64,000 nt of DNA. It comes from an uncultured Acidobacteriota bacterium. Its GTDB lineage: Bacteria > Acidobacteriota > Terriglobia > UBA7540. The stretch covers positions 448,001 through 512,000 of the forward strand of contig CAWDSK010000006.1 of assembly GCA_963804995.1 (NCBI GenBank). The letters are read 5' to 3'. Shown here piece after piece: positions 28,225 to 38,036 of the stretch (its first letter is position 1; each line of letters opens with the position of its first letter). A program made the position numbers and the translations under genes. Below the pieces are notes generated by a model that ran no database searches, was not told the DNA's origin, and saw only the letters and a list, made by a program, of their open reading frames with translations.

Positions 28225-30693
28225 GTGGGATCATTCAACCGTCAACTCAGACAAATTCTGCGCAGGTTCGGTCGGGCGCCTATGTTTATGGTGGTTACTC
28301 TGGTGACGCTCGCCGTGGGGATAGGTGCCAACACTGCGATTTTCAGCGTGATCGAGGGCGTGCTGCTGAAGCCGCTCCCCTACCCTCAGGCGGAGCAACT
28401 GGTGGGTGTGCAGCTCACGGCGCCGGGCGCTAACATCAAGGATGTGGTCCTCTCGCCCTCCGCGTATTTCATCTTTCGTGAACAAAGCCGCGTCTTTCAG
28501 GATGTGGGTCTTTACAGCAGTAATACGTCAAATGTGACGGGTGTCGCGCAACCCGAACAGGTGCCGGTGCTGATGGTCACCGATGGCACGTTGCCCCTTC
28601 TGGGTATTCCGCCCATGCTGGGGCGAGGGTTTAACCGCACGGACGATTCGCCGGACAGTCCCCGAACGGTGATGCTGACCTATGGGTATTGGCGCCGCAA
28701 GTTCGGCGGTGACTCGTCCGTCGTGGGGCGAACCCTGCAAGTGGACGGCAAGGCGCGGATCATCATCGGGGTAATGTCAGAGCGCTTCCACTTCCTGGAT
28801 AACGACAACCCGGCGCTGGTCCTGCCCTACCGGCTCGACCGTGCCAAGACCACCCTGGCAGATTTCAGTTACCCCGCCTTGGCCCGACTCAAGCCGGGAG
28901 TTACCCTGGCGGAAGCCAACGCCGACGTGGCGCGGATGCTTCCCATCGTCAACCGAAGTTTTCCAGCACGCGGCATCAGCGTGAAGCAACTGGAGGAAGC
29001 GCGGATTGGGCCGAACCTGAAGACTTTGAAACAAGTCGTGGTGGGCGATGTGGGTGAACTCTTATGGGTTCTCATGGGGGGGATTGGGATGGTGCTGCTG
29101 ATCGCCTGCGCCAACGTCGCCAACCTGCTCCTGGTCAGGGCCGAAGGGCGCCGGCAGGAATTCGCGGTTCGGGCTGCTCTGGGCGCCACGCAGGGGCGGA
29201 TTGCCGGTGAATTGCTGTTCGAAAGCGTGCTCCTCGGCTTCCTTGGCAGCATGTTGGGGTTGGGATTGGCCTATGGCGCCTTGCGCCTGCTGGTGGCGCT
29301 GGCCCCGGCGGGCCTGCCGCGGCTGGATGAGATTGGAATTGATGCGCCGGTGTTGCTGTTCACCGTGGCTGCCTCTTTCCTGGCGAGCCTCTTGTTCGGC
29401 TCGATTCCCGTCCTCAAATATGCCGGGGCGCTTCCGGGAGCCGACCTGCGCGGCGGAGGACGATCGCTCAGCGAGAGCCGGGAACGGCGCCGCGCCCGCA
29501 ACGCCCTCGTAATCGTCCAGGTGGCGCTGGCGATGGTGCTGCTGATCTCGTCCGGTCTCATGATTCGCACCTTCCGGGCCCTGACCCGAGTCCATCCCGG
29601 ATTCACGGGGGCGGCCCAGGTTGAGACCCTCTCGTTATTTATCCCTGACGCCGAGGTGCCGGAAGCCGCCCAAGTGGTGCGCATGGAGGAGGAGATTCTG
29701 CACAAGCTCGAGGCCATACCGGGTGTGTCCTCGGTCGGTATGGGCACCAACATTCCCATGGATGGATCTGACAGTTGGAATCCGATCTTCGCCCAGGACC
29801 GGACCTATCACGAGGGGGAACTTCCCCCCCTGCGACATTTCAAGTTCGTGTCACCCGGCTACTTCCGAACCCTGGGCATTCCGTTCGTTGCCGGGCGCGA
29901 TATCACCTGGATGGAGATCTACAACCAGCGGCCGGTGGCGCTGGTTTCTGAAAACCTGGCGCGCGAGTATTGGGGCGACCCGGCGGGCGCGCTGGGCAAG
30001 CGTGTCCGGATGGGTCCCCTCGAGGACTGGACCGAGGTCGTCGGCGTGGTGGCCAACGTTCATGAGAACGGGGTGAATCAGGAGGCTCCCACCGGTGTCG
30101 ATTGGCCCATCATGATGCGCCATTTCTGGAATGAAGCGCCGATGGTGCGCCGCTCGCTGACCTTCGTCATCCGCAGCCCCCGGGTGGGCTCGGAGAGCTT
30201 TCTGAAGGAGGTGCGGCAGGCGGTGTGGTCGGTGGATGCCAGTCTCCCCATTGCCAACATCCACTCCCTGGATTACTTCTACCAGAAATCCATGGCACGG
30301 ACTTCGTTCACCCTCGTGATGCTGGGCTTGGCGGGAGCCATGGCGCTGTTGCTGGGGGCCGTGGGTCTCTATGGTGTGATCGCCTATTCGGTTTCGCAAC
30401 GCAAACGCGAGATCGGCGTGCGCCTGGCGCTCGGCGCACAGCAGCATGAAATCACGGGAATGTTCGTTCGGCACGCCCTGTTGCTCGCCGGTACGGGGGT
30501 AGCTTGCGGCCTCGCCGCAGCCATGGCCTTGATGCGGCTGATGTCATCGCTGCTGTTCAGGGTGAGCCCCGCCGATCCCGTCACCTACGGCGCGGTCTCC
30601 GTGGGTCTGGTTGCGACTGCCGTCCTGGCCAGCTACTTGCCCTCCCGGCGAGCGGCAAAGGTGGACCCCATGGATGCCCTGCACGCCGAGTAA
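28225..30693 (+). CDS. MacB/FtsX-like duplicated ABC permease (ADOP-type)
   Basis: GIGANTAIFS, LLIACANVANLLL, GVIAYSVSQRKREIGVRLALGA and RRAAKVDP motifs; no adjacent ATPase. Confidence 0.92.
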   Translation: MGSFNRQLRQILRRFGRAPMFMVVTLVTLAVGIGANTAIFSVIEGVLLKPLPYPQAEQLVGVQLTAPGANIKDVVLSPSAYFIFREQSRVFQDVGLYSSNTSNVTGVAQPEQVPVLMVTDGTLPLLGIPPMLGRGFNRTDDSPDSPRTVMLTYGYWRRKFGGDSSVVGRTLQVDGKARIIIGVMSERFHFLDNDNPALVLPYRLDRAKTTLADFSYPALARLKPGVTLAEANADVARMLPIVNRSFPARGISVKQLEEARIGPNLKTLKQVVVGDVGELLWVLMGGIGMVLLIACANVANLLLVRAEGRRQEFAVRAALGATQGRIAGELLFESVLLGFLGSMLGLGLAYGALRLLVALAPAGLPRLDEIGIDAPVLLFTVAASFLASLLFGSIPVLKYAGALPGADLRGGGRSLSESRERRRARNALVIVQVALAMVLLISSGLMIRTFRALTRVHPGFTGAAQVETLSLFIPDAEVPEAAQVVRMEEEILHKLEAIPGVSSVGMGTNIPMDGSDSWNPIFAQDRTYHEGELPPLRHFKFVSPGYFRTLGIPFVAGRDITWMEIYNQRPVALVSENLAREYWGDPAGALGKRVRMGPLEDWTEVVGVVANVHENGVNQEAPTGVDWPIMMRHFWNEAPMVRRSLTFVIRSPRVGSESFLKEVRQAVWSVDASLPIANIHSLDYFYQKSMARTSFTLVMLGLAGAMALLLGAVGLYGVIAYSVSQRKREIGVRLALGAQQHEITGMFVRHALLLAGTGVACGLAAAMALMRLMSSLLFRVSPADPVTYGAVSVGLVATAVLASYLPSRRAAKVDPMDALHAE

Positions 30694-30746
30694 CCTGACT
30701 TCCTTTGGGTGAGGCGACGGCGTAAGCGCACCGGACTCAATGAGGG

Positions 30747-30923
30747 GTAGCGCAGAGGTACGCGCCTTTTGCGTTCCTCTGCGGCATTTCGTTTATTCGC
30801 TTTAATAAACATGTGAACGCTTGCCGTATTTAGCTTTTCGTTTATTCGCTTTAATAAACATGTGATCGCTTGCCGTATTTAAAGCCGCGGAGTAGTGCTG
30901 AGATGCGCACAACTCCGCGCTAC
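30747..30923. repeat. GTAG-type REPIN (two inverted REP hairpins) with an internal tandem duplication of about 50 bp
   Basis: Begins GTAGCGCAGAGG and ends CTCCGCGCTAC; homologous to 33788-33914 and 53064-53172. Confidence 0.8.
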
Positions 30924-30931
30924 CCGCTAAG

Positions 30932-31573
30932 CTAGGGCCCGGCGACGGCGAACGCAAAGCGCTCTTGACCAACGAGGAAGTTCTTCACCAGTTCGCCGTT
31001 GTGCGTACCTGCCATATAAACGACGTATTCGCCCGGCGGAAGGGTCTGCCGCGGAATCAGTTGAAACGACGCTGCTGGGCGATTGGTTTGCTTGCTGTCG
31101 AGGCCGGGCGTCGGGTGCCCGTAACTCCGCACGTCAACCGGCACGTTAACCTTGGTAATGAAGCGTTTCCCGTCCTGGACGGCCAGTCGCGTGAGCAGCA
31201 GATGCCTCTGCACTGCTTCGACCGTCGTTTCCTGGCCCCATCGATCGCCAGGAGCCAGAAAGCGAACGGCCAGCACCTGCGCCTCGCCGGGCTTGAACAC
31301 CACCGAAGACGCCGCGCCCTCGATGTACATCGTGTAAGACTGAACCGCGGGTTGGAAGATTCCCGCGCGGTGCGGCGGACCTGCTTTCTTCTCCTTCAGC
31401 TTGACTCGCTCGAGCGCCTCGAGTGCACCCACCGGCGTAAGGCGGTAGACCTCACCGACCGTGGCCGGCTCTGGAGCGGTCAGCGGTGACGGTAACGGAG
31501 GATTCTGAGCATGAGAAGCACAGACCCATAGAAACACAGCGATCAGGGAATAGGTAAGTCGTTGTCTCGTCAT
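30932..31573 (-). CDS. Secreted hypothetical protein
   Basis: Signal peptide MTRQRLTYSLIAVFLWVCASHA|Q with a GGAAGG ribosome-binding site upstream. Confidence 0.7.
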   Translation of the reverse strand: MTRQRLTYSLIAVFLWVCASHAQNPPLPSPLTAPEPATVGEVYRLTPVGALEALERVKLKEKKAGPPHRAGIFQPAVQSYTMYIEGAASSVVFKPGEAQVLAVRFLAPGDRWGQETTVEAVQRHLLLTRLAVQDGKRFITKVNVPVDVRSYGHPTPGLDSKQTNRPAASFQLIPRQTLPPGEYVVYMAGTHNGELVKNFLVGQERFAFAVAGP

Positions 31574-31646
31574 AATGATCGTTCCTTCCCTTGCCGCGTT
31601 AGCTGGCGGACTCGTACTGTCTGAGTTAGTGCGCCTTCCGGCTCAT

Positions 31647-32330
31647 GTAGCGGGGAGCGCAGGGGTGGACGTCCTTTGCCCTACTCCGCGGCTCGTCATC
31701 TGGCCGCGGGTACGGAACGTCGCAATCCCATGCGAGTATTTTCTCGCGTCGCAGACACGCCATGCCGGCCATTATAGGGCTTGCACCCATGTCCGCAAGT
31801 CGTCATTTCCGAAATTAGAGCCGCGGAGTAGTGCTGAGATGCGCACAACTCTACCTTGCTATTTAAGAACTCCCCGCCTCAGATGAGGAGGGGTGGTGCT
31901 GACAAGATAGTGGATGGCGCTGAAGGACGTGTAGCGCGGACCTGTTTTGTAGGTCCGCGGGTCTTCCCCCCATGACAACGAAAAGCCGCGGACCTCAAGA
32001 ACAGGTCCGCGCTACCTTGGCGAAGTGACCCCTCACCCGGCGGCGCATGGCCGCCACCCTCTCCCCTCGGAGAGGGCGGTTTAAACTCCTGCCTTCTCCC
32101 AGGGGAGAAGGTGCTGAGGTACGAAGCGGATGAGGGGTTTCTTGGATTGCGGCTCATCATCTGGCCCCGTGTCCGGAGCGGATTTCGCCAGGCCATCAAA
32201 CGCCGGTGCTTTGATCGATGGCGTCGCCGAAGCGACATGCCGCCCCTGATAGGCCTTGCACCCGTGTCCCCAAGCGGTCATTGCCCATTGTAGTGCCGCG
32301 AAAGAGGGCCAAGCACGCCCAGCTCGCGCT
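31647..32330. repeat. Cluster of REPIN-like elements (31647-31854, 31931-32015, 32020-32144, 32148-32330)
   Basis: GTAG...CTAC bounded palindromes. 32020-32144 is nearly identical to 52926-53049. An internal sequence TCGTCATCTGGCC...CTTGCACCC...GTCATT is shared with 33073-33383. Confidence 0.8.
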
Positions 32331-32408
32331 AATTGTTGATACCCTTCGTGCACGTTTTCTTTTCGTCACGTTAGTGTTACCCTCGGATTTTGGAGATAGT
32401 GTCTCGGT

Positions 32409-32714
32409 ATGGCCAAGATGAAAATTCCGATTCCCGCGGAGCGTGTCAGCGAGTTCTGTCGAAAGTGGAGAATCGCTGACCTCTCGATCTTCGGTTCGGC
32501 GCTTCGGGATGACTTCCGCCCCGACAGCGACGTCGACTTGTTGGTAACCTTCGCTCCGGATGCGCAATGGAGCCTTTACGATTGGGTAGACATGATTGCC
32601 GAGCTTCGAGAGATATTTGGCCGCGAGGTCGACCTTCTCTCCAGCCAATCCCTGCGAAATCCCTTCCGCAGGCACGAAATCCTAAAGACCTGCGAGAGTT
32701 TGTATGCAGCCTGA
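32409..32714 (+). CDS. Minimal nucleotidyltransferase (MNT/MntA) antitoxin
   Basis: FGSALRDDFRPDSDVDLLV fits the GSX10DXD motif. Confidence 0.92.
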   Translation: MAKMKIPIPAERVSEFCRKWRIADLSIFGSALRDDFRPDSDVDLLVTFAPDAQWSLYDWVDMIAELREIFGREVDLLSSQSLRNPFRRHEILKTCESLYAA

Positions 32715-33051
32715 CGCGAAGGATGCCGCGTATTTGTGGGACATGCTGGATGCGGCGCGGGCGATCCAGCAATTTGTTCTGTCGCGCTCATTTGAGGATT
32801 ACAAATCAAACAGGATGCTTCGTGGGGCCGTGGAAAGGCATATCGAGATCATCGGTGAGGCCGCTAATAAGTTGTCGCGAGGATTTCGCGCCGCTCACCC
32901 GGAAATCCCCTGGCAGCGAATCATCTCGCAACGCAATGTTCTGGCGCATGAATACGGCGAAGTTGACGACTCGCTGGTGTGGAGAGTGGCCACCTCACGC
33001 ATTTCCGAGCTCATCAGCCAGATCGAACCTATTGTCCCGCCCCTGCCCTGA
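32704..33051 (+). CDS. HEPN (DUF86/HepT-like) ribonuclease toxin
   Basis: EIIGEAA, IPW and RNVLAHEY (RX4HXY); overlaps the MNT gene. Confidence 0.92.
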   Translation: MQPDAKDAAYLWDMLDAARAIQQFVLSRSFEDYKSNRMLRGAVERHIEIIGEAANKLSRGFRAAHPEIPWQRIISQRNVLAHEYGEVDDSLVWRVATSRISELISQIEPIVPPLP

Positions 33052-33072
33052 GGGTCACTTCTGTTCCAGCAG

Positions 33073-33383
33073 GTAGGGCGGGGTGGACCTACTTTGGCCC
33101 CCTCAGCAGTTCGTCATCTGGCCCCGTGTACGGGCCGGCTTTCCCATGGCCATCCAACGCGGGTGCTCTGACCCGTGGCGTCGCTTTCGGAGTGCGGGAG
33201 CTCGCTCCCGCTTTTTGCAGCCGGTGACTCGTCACCGGTGCGGAGGTTCGCCGCGACGAGTCGCGGCGAGCAAGAGCGGCGACGAGTCGCCGCACTCCGA
33301 AAGACAAGCCTTGCACCCGCGTCCGCAAGCGGTCATTCCCCGATCTAGTGCCTCGGAGGAGGGCCAAGTACGCCCACCTCTAC
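33073..33383. repeat. REPIN-like element with a nested second palindromic element (33185-33302, GGAGTGCG...CGCACTCC)
   Basis: Imperfect terminal inverted repeats starting GTAG and ending CTAC. Comparison with 32148-32330 shows the nested insertion. Confidence 0.75.
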
Positions 33384-33499
33384 TTGCTCTTAGGAAATGC
33401 TGTTAGAATTGCAGAGAAGCACCGTCCGCCTTAGGCCCAGGCCAGACGAGTCGTTTTCGAGGAGAGAGTGAAGAAAATTTGGACGTAGGGGAAATTCAT

Positions 33500-33784
33500 A
33501 TGGCAAACGACAGAATTGCTGCGTTGGCGGTCGCCAGATTAAGCCACCCACTTACCCTGAAGGAAGTGGAGGATGCGTGGCGTTACGAGCAGGAGCTTAT
33601 TCCTGGCGCTCATCCTTATCTGGACTTCGATGTTCAAGAAAACGAGGTTCGCTTTACGGTCTCTCCGCGACACACGCTTGTCATCTCAACCGATGAAATA
33701 AAACGGCCATTTCAAATCGCCATTCACAGGAAATATCCGAATATGAAGATTGAATGGCTTGATGGACCCATGCCGCCGTTATAG
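33500..33784 (+). CDS. Small hypothetical protein
   Basis: 94-aa ORF with an AGGGG ribosome-binding site, bounded by repeats on both sides. Confidence 0.55.
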   Translation: MANDRIAALAVARLSHPLTLKEVEDAWRYEQELIPGAHPYLDFDVQENEVRFTVSPRHTLVISTDEIKRPFQIAIHRKYPNMKIEWLDGPMPPL

Positions 33785-33787
33785 CGG

Positions 33788-33914
33788 GTTGCGCAGACGG
33801 AGGCGTAGTTTGCCTTCGTCTGCGGCTTTTCGGTCTTTCACATTGATAGACATGTGAACGCGCTTCTTATTATGAGCCGCGGAGTGGTGCAGAAAGTGCA
33901 CAACTCCGCGCTAG
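33788..33914. repeat. GTAG-type REPIN between convergent genes
   Basis: Homologous to 30747-30923; its right end overlaps the stop codon of the 33911..34402 gene. Confidence 0.75.
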
Positions 33915-34402
33915 CCGGGGTACATTGCGTCGAACGCAGCGAGCTTTGCATCCTCGGGGTTGTTGTCCCATCCTGGCACCTGAATCCAATCCGAATCGAG
34001 GGCGTCCTGAGACTTGTAGCTGACAGCCCAGCCTCCACGCGGTCCACGCTTCAGGACAATCACCGTTCCGCTCTTCTTGAGGTACAAGTTCCCTTTCTCT
34101 GAAAGCCGCCAGTTCAGAGTGGGCCAACGCATGCGGCGACTTGCTCGGCCTTTCAACTCGCGCTCGCGCAATCTAGGAGTTGCGAAATCTTGGGTTAAGT
34201 GCTCAGCGCAGACGCACCCTACTTTCACCTGCTGACTGGTCCTTTGGTTTTTCAACTGATGCACAAAGCGCACGTGTGGGTACCCGCAATTTTCGCAAGT
34301 GAACTCGGCTGCTCCGTTGTCGGTGGTACCAACCAACGCCCACCCGCGGCAGGGCCACCCACTCCGATACTGAAATCTCTCTTTCACCGGAAGCTGCCCC
34401 AT
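33911..34402 (-). CDS. Hypothetical basic zinc-finger protein (CENC...H...CVCAEH), last gene of the SIR2-HerA operon
   Basis: Two CxxC-type pairs and an Arg/Trp-rich tail; starts 15 nt after the KTSC stop. Confidence 0.7.
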   Translation of the reverse strand: MGQLPVKERFQYRSGWPCRGWALVGTTDNGAAEFTCENCGYPHVRFVHQLKNQRTSQQVKVGCVCAEHLTQDFATPRLRERELKGRASRRMRWPTLNWRLSEKGNLYLKKSGTVIVLKRGPRGGWAVSYKSQDALDSDWIQVPGWDNNPEDAKLAAFDAMYPG

Positions 34403-34417
34403 GGACTAATTCAAGGA

Positions 34418-34639
34418 CTATCCTGCGCAGCGACCATTTGGCTTGAAGTTCAGAACGTTGTGAATGTACTTACCCCGTGATTGACCAGGTGCACTGAATT
34501 CCTGCCATACGTCAGGTGGACATGCGGCGTAGAACCACTCAACTCCATCGCGGAATCGGACGTATATTGTTTCAGTTTCCGGGTCGTAAGCTTCGGCGAC
34601 AATACGTGTTGAGCCGCTGACCTCAATCCATTCAATCAT
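34418..34639 (-). CDS. KTSC domain protein
   Basis: 73 aa with the KTSC pattern V-S-x-S-x-x-I...YD...VRFRDG..W.Y...P...F....S.GKY.H; starts 4 nt after the HerA stop. Confidence 0.85.
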   Translation of the reverse strand: MIEWIEVSGSTRIVAEAYDPETETIYVRFRDGVEWFYAACPPDVWQEFSAPGQSRGKYIHNVLNFKPNGRCAG

Positions 34640-34643
34640 TACT

Positions 34644-36410
34644 CTATACCTCGTACGTTGCGCGCCAGGCTTCTATTGGGGGTCTGACGTCGGGCACTTG
34701 TGGCTGTCCCCTCCATGGGCTGAGAGATGGGTCATCTGCCATTGGCTTTGGATTTGGCATGTCGAGCACCATACGGGCAGGTAAGACGACGGCCTCCCCG
34801 CTAACGACAGCTTCGCCTGTACGCAGGGAGGGAAGGACGGCGGCCAACCCAGCGACGGTATCCGGGAGCGCTGCGCGAATTGTGCCTTGGTCCTCTGCGT
34901 TAGATAGCCGAAGAGCTATGATTGTGCCGCACTGAGCCAAGGCGGTTTTGGGTAGTTCAGTCGGCCTCTGAGTAACTAGCAAAAGTCCAATTCCATACTT
35001 GCGTCCTTCCCGGGCTATTCTATTCGCGGAATCCCGGGTGAGAGCTCCAGCTTCATCGCCCAGGTACCTATGGGCCTCCTCGAGGACAACTAATACCGGG
35101 CTTGGACGGCCAACACCGGGTCCCCCTGGCGCGCTCCTGAGACACACCTCAAAGAGAAGGCTCAGGATCACACCGATAGCTAGGTCGGTAGCGATTGACG
35201 GTACGCCACTGAAATCAAGGACAGAGATAGGTCGCGCCTCACCTAGCCATTCCTGCATTGCTTCCACGAGAGGATCTGGACCTTCATTAGTGCCGGGACA
35301 CTCTTGGAAAAAGCGAAGTTGCGGATCTAGCAGCCCAAGTCGGAGCAGGTCAGGCGTTGTACCATACACGCCGTACAAAGGACCCTTATGGGGTGCCTGA
35401 CCGGCAGGGTTGTAAGGTCGAAATTGCGCGGACGTCAGTGTGGCCGCGTCACCCGGCTGCAACAGGCATGCAGTGGCGGGATCACCCTTATTCATCCGCG
35501 TTTCGCGATTTTCTGAATCAATTCTGTGCCAAACCGGGCGGATGTCAAAGGGTACCGGAGTGTCGGCCGTCACGGCGGTAGGCTTAAGATTAAGCCAGTC
35601 TGCGCTCGCCACAAACGTTCTTCGAGCGTCCGCCACCAGCTCGGCAAAACGATTGTTGAAAGTAGCGCCGCCTAGCGCACCTGCAAAAACCCGCACGATA
35701 TCCGCAGCCGGTAGCGCCCAGTACGGGACTCGCAGTCGACTCTCGCCATCTCCGAGGACGCTGCGGACGGATGCGCTGTCTCCGAGCGCGCGCGCATACT
35801 CGCCGTGTGGGTCGATAACCACAACATTCGCTGCCTGCCATCCGCCCTTGATGAGGTTCTGCAAGAGAGACGCCACAGCGCTCGTTTTGCCGGCTCCGGT
35901 CGACCCCACGATTGCGGCATGACGTACCACCAGGCGCGAGGCTTCCAAACAAACAGGTACCTCTTCAGAAGCCGCCAAGCAGCCCAACCGCAGATGCTCC
36001 GCGCCCTGTTCAGGAAAAATCTCGCGAAGTTGCTCCGGCGTTGCGAAGTGCACCGGGTCGTCAAGTCCAGGGTAAGACCCCACACCACGTCGGAACTTGC
36101 GGGTGCCCCTGTCAATTTCGCCAAGCAACTGGACTTGCAACCAGCGCTCACCGGATTGAATATTTTCGGCTGGAGCAAGCGGGCCCGCCAGTTCTGCAAT
36201 GCCCAAAAGCGAGACTGTCGCGATTAGGTCGACAAGGCCCTGCGGTATACGGACAAGGGAGCCAATCTGGCCAACTGGTTGAAGTTTGCCCCGGTAGATT
36301 GGCGCTACGCCGGCAAGATCGGGGTCGAGAGCCACGGTTACTGTGGCGCCCAGCACATGTCGAACCCTGCCGATACAGGTTGGGTCGCGCTCAGGCATCT
36401 GTTCTTCCAC
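34644..36410 (-). CDS. HerA/FtsK-family ATPase (HAS barrel plus DUF87)
   Basis: GQIGSLVRI N-terminus, Walker A GSTGAGKT, Walker B LVVLEEAH and IAREGRKYG...TQRP. Confidence 0.92.
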   Translation of the reverse strand: MEEQMPERDPTCIGRVRHVLGATVTVALDPDLAGVAPIYRGKLQPVGQIGSLVRIPQGLVDLIATVSLLGIAELAGPLAPAENIQSGERWLQVQLLGEIDRGTRKFRRGVGSYPGLDDPVHFATPEQLREIFPEQGAEHLRLGCLAASEEVPVCLEASRLVVRHAAIVGSTGAGKTSAVASLLQNLIKGGWQAANVVVIDPHGEYARALGDSASVRSVLGDGESRLRVPYWALPAADIVRVFAGALGGATFNNRFAELVADARRTFVASADWLNLKPTAVTADTPVPFDIRPVWHRIDSENRETRMNKGDPATACLLQPGDAATLTSAQFRPYNPAGQAPHKGPLYGVYGTTPDLLRLGLLDPQLRFFQECPGTNEGPDPLVEAMQEWLGEARPISVLDFSGVPSIATDLAIGVILSLLFEVCLRSAPGGPGVGRPSPVLVVLEEAHRYLGDEAGALTRDSANRIAREGRKYGIGLLLVTQRPTELPKTALAQCGTIIALRLSNAEDQGTIRAALPDTVAGLAAVLPSLRTGEAVVSGEAVVLPARMVLDMPNPKPMADDPSLSPWRGQPQVPDVRPPIEAWRATYEV

Positions 36411-36422
36411 CTGCTGGGTGTA

Positions 36423-37559
36423 TTATGGTGCCGCCGCACTTACTGTTCCTGGTGCCGTTGACGGAGTCTGGGATTGACTTGCGGTGTTACGAGCTAAGTA
36501 CGCAGCTAAATTTCGAAAGTCGCGAAGTGCGAATTGGTTGCTCTCCCAGAGTTCATGCGGAGGACTAGCAGGAACCTTCCAGTTGCCGCGGACTCCACCC
36601 AAAATCGCCTCTGTGCCACTAGCCACTTGCAGATTTGGCGTATTACTGGCCCACTTGGAAAGGACGTCAGGTATACTTGAATAACAGAACGCAACAAACT
36701 CCGACCGCTCTCGTCGAGCCGCGGCTTCAAAAATCATTTCATTGAGGTGATCGTCACCAAATGAGTATCCTGCAATAATTACAAGGCTTTCCGGTTCCTG
36801 TAACGCCCTTCGAAAACGGTCCTGTAAAACTACGAATGGAACGCGCCGTGACTCATCGTATTTGGCATCGGAAGGATAAATCGCGGCAGCCAAGCCTTGT
36901 GAAACAGGAACTCCGAGGCGAACGATGTTCTTGTCCTCCCAGAGCCAATTGACGGAACCGTGTAATTTCCACAACCGAACGAAGAAAGCGGGAACACATT
37001 CTTCAATCTTTCCGGCTGTGGCCTCAACCAATTCGGTGTGAAATCGAGCTCTTAACGCACCTACAAAGCCATCGAAGTAAGGAATTCTGCGGCTTTCAAG
37101 CGCGGTTTCTAACAACAGGTCATAGTTTACGGTGAACAACTCGACCGGAAGATGATATATGGCGCTTCCAGCCCAAGCGGCGAGGAAATCAACGGCAGTG
37201 AGGTCCGTGCCAGGCTTGATCTCAAGCTCTTTAACAATTATCTGGCAGACTGCACTGTCCAGCAACGTGGCCTGCGCGGAAGTTAAGCCGTCGACCTCTT
37301 GAATGTCGGTGATCAGTGCTGCGATTCTACGAAGACGACTGAGAGCTTGCTCCAAATTTCTGCTTTTCAGCTGGGTCTCAAATTTTCCTGCGTCCTCTGG
37401 CTTCAAACCACTGAGAACGCGTTGCTGAAGGCTGGCAACGTCAGGCAGTCCGCACGCGCTCCCAACACCGGCTCCAAGGAAGGCGCAGATATGGCGCGAC
37501 CGAGCAGCAAGTTTTGCGCTCAGGTCAGCGGCGAACCTAATAGGGTCGTGGTCCGGCAT
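36423..37559 (-). CDS. SIR2-like (SIR2_2) NADase of a Sir2-HerA (Nezha-type) antiphage system
   Basis: FLGAG, TVNYDLLLE, KLHGS and GYSFGDDH motifs; directly upstream of HerA. Confidence 0.9.
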   Translation of the reverse strand: MPDHDPIRFAADLSAKLAARSRHICAFLGAGVGSACGLPDVASLQQRVLSGLKPEDAGKFETQLKSRNLEQALSRLRRIAALITDIQEVDGLTSAQATLLDSAVCQIIVKELEIKPGTDLTAVDFLAAWAGSAIYHLPVELFTVNYDLLLETALESRRIPYFDGFVGALRARFHTELVEATAGKIEECVPAFFVRLWKLHGSVNWLWEDKNIVRLGVPVSQGLAAAIYPSDAKYDESRRVPFVVLQDRFRRALQEPESLVIIAGYSFGDDHLNEMIFEAAARRERSEFVAFCYSSIPDVLSKWASNTPNLQVASGTEAILGGVRGNWKVPASPPHELWESNQFALRDFRNLAAYLARNTASQSQTPSTAPGTVSAAAP

Positions 37560-37740
37560 GTGACCAAGTTCTCCCGGAAGTAGAATTCCGACCTTCAGTT
37601 ACCAGGGAGTATACACCTGTTTGCCTTTTGCGTGGCCATGGAATGCGCGGGTGGGGCAGACATTGCCTATGATGTCTGCGTCCCAAGCCTCGCGTTGCGA
37701 TCTCTCGCGCCCAAGTGTTCACGGCAGCCGGGAAGAGCAG

Positions 37741-37814
37741 GGGCTAGGGGTTAGGGATTGGGGGTTAGGGGCTCGGGGAGTCGGAAATCGAAGATTGCAG
37801 ATTCGAGATTCAAG
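37741..37814 (+). repeat. Heptamer tandem repeats (GGGGTTA and AGATTCG types)
   Basis: gggcta ggggtta gggattg ggggtta ggggctc ... agattgc agattcg agattca. Confidence 0.65.
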
Positions 37815-38036
37815 AACACGGCAAGGCCGCGCGGCACTGGAACTTGTCGTCAGACCTGCGACCCGAGCACTTGCAATATGTCGACTAGCCCGGATAATTC
37901 ATGAATTTCTCGGAGCCATTGAGGGAGGGAAAGAATTTCGAGGGTCACGGAGATGCGGCACAGAGACCCCAGCGCGGCGGGGCCGCGACCCAAGCCGTGC
38001 CATGGCCGTCCCGGCCATGCCCGAGCACGGGCGGGA

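Noticed and set aside
30747..33914. Integron cassette array with attC sites
   Set aside because: There is no integrase, the genes are in mixed orientations, and the palindromes end in GTAG/CTAC rather than RYYYAAC...GTTRRRY.
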